NCBI GenBank assembly: GCA_964200075.2 | Contig: CAXNAA020000010.1 | Coordinates: 1-40,546, forward strand | Direction of reading: 5' to 3' | From: Sphacelaria rigidula | Taxonomy: Eukaryota | Length of the DNA: 40,546 bases | Part shown: positions 13,201 to 23,889 of the stretch, piece by piece | Layout of the letters: each line of letters starts with the position of its first letter | How positions within the stretch are numbered: position 1 is the first letter of the stretch | The notes under the pieces: model-generated | What the model was told of the DNA's origin: nothing | Database searches by the model: none | What the model saw: only the letters and a program-made list of their open reading frames with translations | Made by a program: the position numbers and the translations under genes

Positions 13201-16200
13201 AGAGTGCAACACGACAGCTGAATACGGTGTGGCAACACGATGGCTAAATACGGTGTGGCGATAATACCTCGAGTTTACTCCGTGAGGTATCCAACCTAAT
13301 CTGCGTGCAGGAGGGCACCACGCTGCGTTTGAATAGGGACACTTCCTCGGAGCACGCGGGAGAGATGCAGAACATACGTCAGCGTGTTTGAAACAAAAAA
13401 AGCGCGATTCAGTTCACGTATAATACAAGGAAGTCCTGGCTGTCGGCACGGTAAGTGTAAATAGCTGTTCCGTTTAAAGCGTGTCCCGCCTATTAAAGCG
13501 AGGAACTACGAAACAAGTTTTTTTTTTTAGTAGAAGCGGGGCAAAATCGGAACTGGAAAACCCGTGATTGCCTCCGTTAATATTTGAAAACCTCAACCTG
13601 TTCGTACCAAAGATTTTCGTGGTCACCGCGTTCGCATGACACCATCATTTCCTTACCTCGCCCCTCTGTCGCTCGATTTCCTCCCAGCGGGCCTCTGCCT
13701 CGAATGACGCTTTTGCTAGAGCCTCTTTTAGCACCTGCCTTTCTCTAAGCGACAGAGGAGTTGCCAGTCCATTGCATAACAAGAAATAGGTGCGGAGTGA
13801 TCATGGGACGTGTTTCATTGAGGGGGGAACGACGCTCGAGAGCGCGGCAAATACGGCGCTGTTGATCCCAACTTTGGCAGAGGCCGGCACAATTGCAATG
13901 CCGTATTTCCGTCCTCTACTTTTTGATGCGACGATCACCGTGCAAGACGTTTCGTCTGCGCGTGTCGTCGCTTTACCGAGGTCGACCATGATACGGTATG
14001 CTTGTACGCTTGCGTAAGAGATCGCCTTCGATTAGCTTCCGTACCACCCTTCATGCTGGGCTACGATACACGTCTTTTACCGCTGTCGGTTTCTGCATCA
14101 CTTGCTTCCCCAACATTATCATCCAATTGACGTAAGATCTTCTTTCGGAGACCGGTACACAACACCACTCATCACACGCTCAAGACACGCTAGTGCTGTT
14201 CTTCAGTTACACCTGAGTGAGAGATCTTGCCTGTCGTCCTGATTGCGTTGGGCTCCTCTATCTCACTGGTCCGGCACGTTTTGCGAGCATTCTATACTGA
14301 GACCTTAGTCGCACGGACACTTTCTACGATAGCCCACCCCAAAAAAGTGCCTGATTTCGGGAGGCAAAATCTTCACGTAGATCGAAACGGGAAAAGCCGA
14401 GCACAACGAGCAGGTGGGAATTCCCACGCTTGGATTTGTTCTCGCCAATGTCGCCCATATAAGGCACTTCGTGCAGCCTGAACCCAAACATCAAGCTCTG
14501 TATCGCCATTTTTTTCGTGATACTTTTGGGCTGGTTTCGGGGGGGGGCTGTCGCAGAAAGTCTCTACGGCGTTCCACCAGAGACTGTGTTGTGTATCATA
14601 ATTAGTACAGTGTCACTTGAGCCCAATAGTGTTCAACTTGTGAAGCCACTTGTGGTGCGAGATGATCAATGGCAGTGGTAATGTGTCCTATACGTGAAAA
14701 CTGATGGGCGTCGTATTGTCTACTGATTGTCACTGTTGGCATCTTACCTATCCGACGCCGTTAGCCTAGCCTCCACGGCTGCCAGTGCATCTGCAAGACG
14801 CCGCACCTCTGCGTCTTTCTCGCCCGCTGCCGAGGTTGAAGCCTCCAATCGCTTCGCATCATTCTCGGCCGCAGTCCGAGCCTCTTCGAGGTCCGCTGAG
14901 AGGCGTTGGAGGAGCGCGTTGAGATCTCTGACAGCGAAAGGAGTCGGGCAGAACCGAGAAACGCATGCGGGGGGGGAGGGGGTCGAGAATGGGATGGCAG
15001 AACTGCCGACCTGGGTAGGAATTTGGGCATCCGCAAGCGTCAAACCCCCATTTGCAAGTTCATCTTGTAAAGCGCTTGTAATGCTTTGACATTAAGATAT
15101 GCGACAGGTTGCTTGATCACTGTCTAAAGGATGAAATGTCACACCAAGCATATGCACCTCAAACACTTGAGTGGGAATACTTGACGACTTGCATAGGTGT
15201 TTGGTATGCACGCATCGACAACATGAGTGAGTCGTGTTTTCATGTCTGGCGAAATGTCTTGTCTGCTATGCAACGACAACATCAACTCGCACCTGTTAGT
15301 GGCGTTCATCTTCTCGCTGCTGCCGCGATACCTGAACTCGCTCTCCTTGAGCCGATCCACCTCGACAGTGAAGGCCGAGTTCTCTCGGTCCCTATCCTCC
15401 GACACCTTTCAAATGAGGACCCGGCACAGAATCAACACAGGAAAACTAGGCCATTGAATCGACCGACGTCAACCTAAGCTTAGTGCGCCATCACGATGAC
15501 ACAAAAATGTCCTGGTGACCAGGTGGAGTCGAACGACCGAGAAAACCTTACCCTTGCTGGCATTTTTTCATTGACCATTTCTTTTCCCACCGACGACAGG
15601 CAAGGCGTGACTTGAGCGTTGCCTGGGGGCTCTCAAAAGCCCGTGGTGCGATGCTGTGGGCGTACCGGCAAACTGTGCAAAGTATGTTGCAGGACTGCGT
15701 TCACTTGACACCTTGTTAAGCTCGACAAACAACCGTTCTCGTTCGCCGGTTTCCTTTCTCAGGCGCTTCTCCGACTCCTTTGCTGACCCAAGAACTGTCG
15801 ACAACATATCCTCCGCCTTTCTGCACTTGCCCTCCGCGTGCAAGAGATCTGCGATTTATGGGCAGAAGACTATCTCGTGGTGGCGACTCAATCTGTGTGA
15901 CTACGTTCCAACGTTACTCCTGGCCTGGAAGAACAAAAGGGCCGTGGACAGCGAAAGTGAATCCATCGTAAAATAGTTGTCTGGAGTGGGTGGTATTGGT
16001 GATCAACTTCCCTACTTGAAGCCCTGTGCACGGCCAGAACGGTAACGTAGCCGTCACAACGGGGCTCCAGCTATCCCAGTTGTGAGTAATAGAGGAGCTA
16101 CGCCTACAGCACTTTGTTCCTCTCACCTTTCGCCATTTTTTCCTTGGAGGCCTTGGCGCCGTCCAGCTCGCGTTGGACTGCCCCCATCTCCCCATGAAGA

Positions 16201-19200
16201 CCAGCCATTGCCTCGTGAAGGGCGCCAACCTCCGCCTGCATAGTTTCCACCCTGTATGGTCAATTACACCAACAACGCGTTTGCGTCGGCACATCAGAAT
16301 TTCATACCCGTGACATAGTTCAACGTTGTACGAGGAGTAACGCGTTAATATCTGTAGCCCACTCAGTCGTTGCTAAACGATCGTCCTCGGCGTTTCTCGG
16401 TTATTTGCTGCGAGGACGCTCTCCTCAGTAACTTTTTAGCAAGGTTGCTCATTTCACGAGTAAAAGAAATTTCTATTGCATTTGTTTGCAATCCCCGCGA
16501 ATCAAACCCATGAGCTGACCTTGTAAAAAAGAGATAGATACCTTGATCTCTGACAAAGTGGGTGGAAGGTACGCGTCTACTTTCAGGAATAGGTAATTCC
16601 GGGAGTCCAGACCCCGGCCCTCCTTGTGAGGTCCTTTTCACGCTGAGGACGTCTCCCCTCGCCAGCGCTACAGCCTTGGGGCCGGAGACACCCATAGAGA
16701 CATTATCCAAAAGCTTCACGGCACGTGCGTGGATCGATATCTTTGCTTTCATATTGCACTTTCAGTGTTTGGCTAAGCCAGGGAATGTGCTGGTATGACG
16801 ACTCTGGCGACCAGTTCGCGCAGGGATACGGTTGGCTTGAGCATGGTTGGTTGTACCTCCTCCGCGATTGGGGGATCACGTATGTTATTTTGGCTCTGTG
16901 TCTCTCGTTTTTAGCCGTGCCCAATATCCTCCTTTTCGCTACCATCCGCATTTCCTGCGAGATCGATCGTACCTAGTTGACCCTCTGCACGAAATATTCA
17001 ACCGTACTCTCTGACTGTTGACAGCCTGGGTTACCGTTGACAGACGCTCTTGGCATGAGCCTGGTTTCCTCCTTTTCCTCATGACCCGCATGTCATGCGA
17101 AATTCATCATATGTACTTGGCCCTAGGCACGAAGAATTCAACAGTACTCTCTAACTGTCGACAAACTGAGTTATCTTCAAAACACTTCGAGAAAACGCAC
17201 AATAACCACGGCGCTAAACAATCGTCATTTACTGTCCGGAGTTGTCATCCCTGTAGCCGGCTCTGCTCTTCAACCTGGCGCGCTGCTAAGTGCAAGCGGT
17301 TTATTTGCTTACTGTCGTCAAGAGTGTATATACCGTTTTTTACCTGTGCGCTTCTGAATTCTACTTCTCGCAGAGAAACCGGCCAAGGATGAACGTAGGG
17401 AGAATCGAACCTGGGACGAACTTGTGTGAGAACGCACAATAACCGCTGGGCTATTAGTGGGTGGGCTGACTGACAGCTCAGCGGTTATTGCGCGTTTGAC
17501 GCAAGTTTTCTTCGGGGTTCATTTCTCCCCTCGTTCATTCTTGGCCAGCATCTTTGCGAGGAAAAGAAATACACGGGACACACCTCTGCTGACTAATTGT
17601 TCGGTACCTATTGTGCGCTTCAACAGAAGTTCGTCCCGCGATTTAATTCTCCCCACGTACGTTCGCGATCGGTTTCTTTCGGTCGGAGAAAAGAAACATG
17701 GGGGTACACACCTGAAAGATAGGCATATCGTACACACTCTTGGCAAGGAGAATCAAGATAAAACCTGTTTAGCATTGGTACCAGGGTTCAGGTCCAAGAG
17801 CAGCGCTGGTTGCAGGGATCACAACCCTGGGGTGAACATGACGGTTCTATGGTCCAACAGCTTGACGGACCTCGGGATTGAATTTTGTTCGACGACACGA
17901 TAGCGATTATGCTAATAAGTCAACGCTGCCTGCTTGCCTCGATGGTTATTGTACGTTCTAACAAATGTATCGACACTAAAGGCTCCCACCTGATATGCTA
18001 AACACACGTGCATGAAAATAACAAGGTTGCCTCGTCCTGTCGCCGTGACAGCAATGATCCCGATCGTGGTATGGGCGCGTGCGATCGGGAATGACGTCAT
18101 TGTCATGAATCTCGCTTTGTCGTGCAATATATTATTTCGATGGTGCTCCAAAGAGAGTAAAACGTTCACACATAGTAGTCCGAATGACGCTGTAGGCAAT
18201 GCACCTTGTCTCCCCAGACTTCGCCTTCTTTTGCCATGTTGCGGTCGCCTCGTCCGCAACCCTCGCGTCCTCTCGCAGCCTGTGTTTCGAACGATACCCG
18301 CGATGTTTGAAGGCAACGTGGTGCTCACGGCACAGCATAGTAAGATTGTTACCAGGTTGCCGCCGCCGAAATCTAGATGTGGGAACGAATACACTGAACC
18401 TGTTGAAAGCTAGACGCACGTCACGCACACCTGAGGAGTTCGCTCTCTGCAGCCATGGCTGCGGCGTCGGCCTTATTCTGTAGAATTGTGTTACCTTCTC
18501 GAGCCTCGACTAGACCACGCTTGAGATCTTCGATCTGTCGGACACCGAAAAGCCGGCATGACGTGCACAAGGCAAGCAAAGTCAGCCTGTCATCGCCGGA
18601 TTTGAACACGTGATCACCCCTGGGGCACAGTGCCCAGTAAACCGCAGTGTCTCATTCCGTTCGAAGGGTTATACTGTCTTCAGAGAAGGTACCGTAGCAA
18701 GGGATCAAGACTTGGTGTCACGAAATAAGGCACCAGTACGTCTCGTGCCAGGAAGAAAATAGGAGAGTACACGCGACATATTGATATCGGTCTACCATGC
18801 TGTCCCGCGCGACATTCGCCGAACCTCCATGCGAAGGTCAGATTTCATCTTCGCCTCAGCATGGTCGGCCTGGGCCCTCTCGTCCTTCTCCGCAGCGACG
18901 TCTGCTTTCGCCTTCGCCAAGCCGGCCAGCGCTGTGTTGCGCTCGTCCAAGCGTTGCTTAATCACGTCGATGATGCCGGGGTGTGCTGCAGAAGCCAGTG
19001 CTGAGGAGAGCCTGCATCGGCACGATGGAACGAACGGAGTTATTACCGCGCGCGCGTTTCCCTACTTCTTCCGTCCTCGAGATACAAGGGGAAACGCTAA
19101 CAATACTCGTCGGTGTCCCGATTATCTCTCTTTTAGTTTAGTTTTCAAAATTGCTCGCATGCCGGACGGAATGAGTTGAAACCACCTGACAATAGAGTTG

Positions 19201-19532
19201 TGGATGAATAAGAAAAGTTACTCCTCGTACAGAACAAAGTACCACAATGGCCGTGCGTGGGTACCATCTGAATGAATCCCTGCACTCACCAGTTGGCCTT
19301 TCTTTCAAACAGGTCGCTGACATCGCCTTTGCCACGATGTAATTTATACTGCGAACTATTAATAGTGCAAGACATGTCTTCATGTTCACCTTGCCAGTGC
19401 CTCCTGAACATCAGCATGAACGGCCTGTCCTCTCGACAGACTCGACAGCGCATCATCATCGCTCATTGTTGCGGTCTTTGGCGGGCCGCCTCCCGCACCG
19501 TTCGGTCCGGAAAAGGGTGCCTGTAGATCCAT
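1280..19532 (-). CDS. Multi-exon gene for a long coiled-coil protein of unknown function with a low-complexity/disordered C-terminal region
   Basis: Phase-consistent exon chain read by hand: 19532-19390 (MDLQAPFSGPNG..), 19011-18825, 18534-18431, 18279-18205, 16251-16127, 15848-15712, 15405-15293, 14927-14748, 13744-13657, 13171-~13103, 12697-12590, 12062-11995, 11750-11672, 11233-11120, 10584-10436, 9500-9416, 8776-8672, 7978-7898, 7430-7179, 6763-6693, 6169-6085, 5596-5508, 5003-4852, 4510-3748, then tentatively 1817-1696 and 1397-1280. Exons are E/K/R/A/L-rich with heptad character (e.g. LKKTLTKAEEEGRRAAESVQRLEEELEVSEARWQAA). Structure below 3748 is not resolved. Confidence 0.8.
1978..2260. 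repeat. Degenerate short-period tandem repeat (GACATCTACCTGG-like)
   Basis: Recurrent variants of CTGAGAC/CCTGGGA/GACATC across the segment. Confidence 0.45.
2293..2311. repeat. Short telomere-like (CCCTAA) run
   Basis: CTCAACCCTAACCCTAACC. Confidence 0.5.
2786..3019. mobile_element. MITE copy 1 (Tc1/mariner-like, TA-flanked)
   Basis: TIRs CGGTAGGGGTGCAC ... GTGCCCCCCTACCG, flanked by TA on both sides. Internal sequence is alignable along its whole length with 21255-21496. Confidence 0.8.
4690..4812 (+). mobile_element. 5'-truncated LINE/SINE 3' end with (CAAT)n tail
   Basis: CCACGGCT..AGGGGGTCAACTAATGTGTGA..AATCAATCAATCAATACATCAAT resembles the tail at 36915-36981. Confidence 0.55.
8379..8497. 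mobile_element. Short MITE with related TIRs
   Basis: TA|CGGTGGGGGGGCACTTTT ... GTGCACTCCTACCG|TG; 119 bp with a different interior. Confidence 0.55.
9084..9345 (+). mobile_element. Probable retroposon remnant with (AATA)n tail
   Basis: Ends in GAATGAATAAATAAAT. Segment GACTCATCCCGAGGAAGGGGAAGGGTTCAAAGT is similar to GACTCGCCCCGAGGAAGGAGAGGGGTCGACAGT at ~28061-28093. Confidence 0.45.
14317..14563. mobile_element. Putative non-autonomous TIR element
   Basis: Imperfect 24-bp inverted termini ACACTTTCTACGATAGCCCACCCC / GGGGGGGGCTGTCGCAGAAAGTCT. True ends are uncertain. Confidence 0.5.
16928..17173. repeat. Degenerate tandem direct repeat, ~141 bp period, 2 copies
   Basis: CTCCTTTTC..GCACGAAATATTCAACCGTACTCTCTGACTGTTGACAGCCTGGGTTA versus CTCCTTTTC..GCACGAAGAATTCAACAGTACTCTCTAACTGTCGACAAACTGAGTTA. 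Confidence 0.75.
17220..17850. repeat. Head-to-head inverted repeat of a tRNA-like (A-box/B-box) repeat unit, with a tandemly duplicated head on the + arm
   Basis: 17432-17453 and 17474-17495 are near-perfect reverse complements. Homology continues outward: the - arm 17452-17220 versus + arm units 17466-17588 and 17588-17850. Confidence 0.7.
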
Positions 19533-21254
19533 TAGAACATACACACGCTGCTGCCCACGCAGCTATTGCAACAAGGTCTTTGTTGGTGAGGAATGTGGCG
19601 TAAGACAGCGGACCTTTTCTGCTGTGGGTAATGAAGTATTCGGGGCGAAGTATGTTTCAATCGCGGTATTTCTCAACGGCCCGCGCCCGCTCGTGAGCCA
19701 CAAGAGACCACAAATTTGGCGAAAGCATTACCGCAAAGAGGCTATCTCATCAGCATGCTTCTGGGAAGACCGGCGCAGGATCCAACGGCTAGGATAAAAT
19801 GGACCCCACAAGTCATGTTCCACATTTGTGGTACACCAATAATGTTGTTTTCTATTCTTGATGCGTTTTTCCTTCCCCCAAAAGCCGAGCTGCGAACGGC
19901 TGAGGGTTCGCACTTAACGTCTATGAGTGTCCTCTATCATGTTGTAAAATGAGAGAATGCTATGTTCATATATGGGCTCTTTCCTTCTGGCTGCGGGTCT
20001 GGATTACTCACAGGCGGTACAATGTGACAACGAAGCAATATCGTCAGAAGCCCGACCACTAGCACTGCTACCATTCACTTGAGGGGGCTGAAGTGCGGCA
20101 ACGATAAATAGGATACGCGTTTTCGTGATTATGACTATGTGAAATGAACAGTATCATGAGCAACTCGATAGTGCCACGAGTCGCTACTAATCAAGCGGCT
20201 GAAACGTCGCCTTGCCTCCTGCTGGGCCACGATTTATCCTCTAAGGAGCATACCTTCACATGGCAGCTGGGATCCGACGCGCCGCACGCTTCGAGAGTAT
20301 TCCTCACCTCCAACATACGCAACCGATTTTCGTCCAGAATGAGCGTACCCGAAGCCTAGAAGCCGTCTTTGATCCACGTTCGCCCGGCTTCGAAGCAAAG
20401 GTATGCGATCATCCTGCGAAGGGACTCGATACCCAGCTCTGTGGCCCATCCGAAGATTGAATGGTTGAAGGTTGGCCTTCACCCGGTCAACTTCGCAGAG
20501 GACGGGCACGATATTAACACTCAGCGCTGACGTCTCGTCACTGCCCATAACCCTCATAGCATCAATCCTGTCGGTATATTTCTGCTGTAACATACCACTC
20601 CTGCAACATACCACTGGCGCGCATGAATATTTTCATTCTGCTTCTTTTACGTGCATGGGTTTACCATCAAAACTGGATCATTCGTCCGCATCATCCCGAT
20701 CGAGTTGGCCCGCATCAATTCTGCTTTGTTTTCAGGACCAGTTTTGCAACATACCGCTTCAACATGATTACCCACAAATCCAGACCCTTGCAACCCGTAC
20801 CGATCGATGAGCTTCGTGTGCCTGTTGTAGGTCACAGGAGGAAAGAGCACAAATCAATCACGTTGCGGCAGGATCGTGAGTTGTGGTGGAGTGAGACATA
20901 CGTGTATATATGGAGTTGTGCCAAGGCAATAAGCGACGGCGACAACTTGGCTTCATACGTCGAAATATTCGCGTGTGGAGTGTGAGGGCGACGCACTCAT
21001 CATGCAGCAGCACGTATTTTCTAACGCATGTTTACAGTAGAGCGAACGCTCTCAACAATGCGAACGCATTATAATAGGATATTTTTACACGTCGAACAGA
21101 TCATGATCCGTCTGAAAATTACTTTCTCTCAGTGTGCTGATCCGGATCATGATCCAGATCATTCGCCCCCCCCTCTTCCATGTGTATTCCCTTCAGCGCC
21201 GGACGCCGAGCAGCGAGTAGCGCAAAGGTTGCGCTTCGGCTTTTCGGAATTCTA

Positions 21255-21496
21255 TGGCAGGGGTGCACTTGTTGCGCAAAAATTTATCCGGCTCAGGGGC
21301 TCCTAACGGTTCTAGATGCGCAAGAATGTGGATAAGGGCATTCCCGTTTGCAAATTCATTCGAGATATCCCTATAATAGCACATTGGAATAATAGTAATT
21401 TCGGCGCACTCTCACATATTCCATAAGTCGTGTTTTGGATGAGATAAAGGGCTCTTAACAATTTTAACTTCAGAATATATTTGTGCACCCCTACCG
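21255..21496. mobile_element. MITE copy 2 (same family)
   Basis: TGGCAGGGGTGCAC ... GTGCACCCCTACCG, TA flanks, colinear homology with 2786-3019. Confidence 0.8.
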
Positions 21497-21978
21497 TAGA
21501 ATCACCCTTCGAGTTCCGCGGTCAAATATTTTCTGTTTCTGGACCAACGAATCCGAGAGTCGTCTTCGATTAGTTATTTCAAACGGATCATCATCTGTCC
21601 GACTTGTGGAAAATTTCGATCTACTTTTTCATTTTTGCACAGGCAAAAAATGAAAAATCGACAAGCTTACGCTGAACGGTTGTGGGCTCACGTCCTACAT
21701 CACACGTGCCATTAAACGGCGTCATGCTAGCAGCGCTGCGCCAAATAAGTCATGATCATCCTCAACAGCAGCAAGATCTAGGATGCATGTAGTGCAGTCA
21801 TGGCAATGCAGTATTATTGAGGTTGCGCGTGAACCAAATTGAATAAAACGAGCAGTGATAATAGTCGGGGATGCCTACCTTTCAAATTTGGAATGGAAAC
21901 GCATAACTTGATGGGGGGAACGTCATGCACGTGTCCGAATATCAAATTTTTAAAAAATGAAAAGAAAACGCTCAAGAA

Positions 21979-22002
21979 ATATATATATATATATATATAT
22001 AT
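21979..22002. repeat. (AT)n microsatellite
   Basis: Direct reading of the sequence. Confidence 0.9.
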
Positions 22003-23889
22003 TGTCATGAAGAACAGCCCAGAACAGCCCTCACCATGTGGTTAACAGCAACGCCGCGAAGAGATGTTTTTAATTAGCCTCTGCACCGTCTCCCTGTAAG
22101 GGTTGGGGTCGGTTGGCGATGACGGTGTAGAAATACGCCACTCACTGCGTGAAGTAGGCTATCAGGCTACCGATTGTTTTTCTCGCTCGCGTTTTCCCGC
22201 CATAGCTACGGTGGTGGTCGAGTTTGATCATATTATGCGGGGTGGGGGGTCGTCAACCCCGCGCAAAGGGGATAATCGTACGACGTAGTGTTTAAATGGT
22301 GCGACTCCCATGAGGCAATGTCACCCGTTGCTGTCTCTGGAAGTGGCGATGCCAGAAAATGAAGCAACCCATTGGAGGCTGTCATCCATATGCGAGATAC
22401 TGTTTCGTACACACCCATTTTTCATGCTGAAAATTGGAACGCTTCGGGCCGAACAATCATAGCAGGATGCAGGTCAACCCCTTTGCGACTTGCAGAACAC
22501 ACCACAACGCTCCGCGCTTGGTGATCGCAAGCCTGGTCCGGCGAAAACCCGGCGTGCTCCGTTCCTAGTTTGTAGGAATGCGAGGTCAATGGTCTTATAA
22601 CTGCGGCATGCAAGACCATGAGTACACCCCCACGCGTGTAGCAACAAGCATTCGATGCCGCCTGGACTTACCCACGAACCCATGGTTTCAACGCTTCCTT
22701 TGTAGCGAACCATGCATGACTCATCATGCAAAATGTCGATTGATTTGCACCAGTCACCCCCCACTCCATAGTGTGCCGTGGTAAAAACACTGAGCGTGGA
22801 GTCAGAACTGCGACGCGGGTGCTCATTCACACTTTGATCACGACCACTGCACTGGCAGTAGATGAATACAGGCAGAGGTTGCATTCGTTCATTGATCGTA
22901 GACCCCTCGATGATTTAGCAGCCCTAGCTGGTGTATCCTTACGGTTAGGGCTCGTTCGCTTTCGATGGTGTGATTTGAAGCGGTCTGCTGTGACGCATCG
23001 TCTACACGCAACTTGATGAGATTAACGTACCCAAAGTATATCAAACGCGAGTGAAAGATGCCAACAAAAACGTCGCGGATACTTCCGTCCCTCACAATCG
23101 GAAAAATTCCAAGACGGCACGCGTGAACGGCGACGAACCGCACAGTACATCTCACGTCAACCCTACACATCACTTGTCAACACCGAAAAGAACGGGTATC
23201 TGACACAGCTTTTACTTGGTAAAACGTAGATATTTTCCACCTTCCTCACTTTAAAGCGCACACAAAAAGCTGTACGGCGGATATCTACAAAAAAAGGACA
23301 GTCAGCAGTCGTCCCTAACAGCACGAATCGGCACCTCCCTCGGCGTGTTTCTTGCTTCCCGCTACAGATTTACAGCGGCCTGTTGGTGGACAAGATTGAA
23401 ATCGAACAGAAACATACCGAGCACGGGAAAATAGCAAGGGTCGGATAAATAATGATTCGTCTGAGAATTACTTGGTTTCAGTATAATTGATTCGACTCGT
23501 ACGAATCAATCCCTAGGCTTTGTTTTCAGCGTTCAGCGTTGCAACCCAGGTACACGCAGCCCAGACACGTGGAATGGCGCAAAAGTTGCGTGGGAACCTT
23601 TTTGATCATCGGTCAACTTTTTCTCCCTTTTGGGCAATCAGGCCGAAGAAATCGTGGATTTGGCGGTTCTTAGTCGTGATGATTCGTTTTAACCGTGGAA
23701 AATAGCCATTTCAGCGTTGTGCACTGGTGCTCTGGATATCGGAATCCTTAGCGCAGGTGTCGGACACAGCAGGTTAGGAACATGCAGTATCGCAGCCCGT
23801 GTGTGTAGCTTTGCGGCAACAAAATGGTGCCTTTCGCACTGAGTACGGTGGCAGAAAAGCAGGTGGCAAAGCTCGCAGTTGACATCATG

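Noticed and set aside
16703-16951. ORF segment YQHIPWLSQTLK reminiscent of Penelope/LINE proteins
   Set aside because: Too short, with no RT or endonuclease motifs nearby.
17385-17455. Functional tRNA gene on the - strand
   Set aside because: A/B-box-like motifs are present but the acceptor and anticodon stems do not pair; treated as a tRNA-derived repeat.
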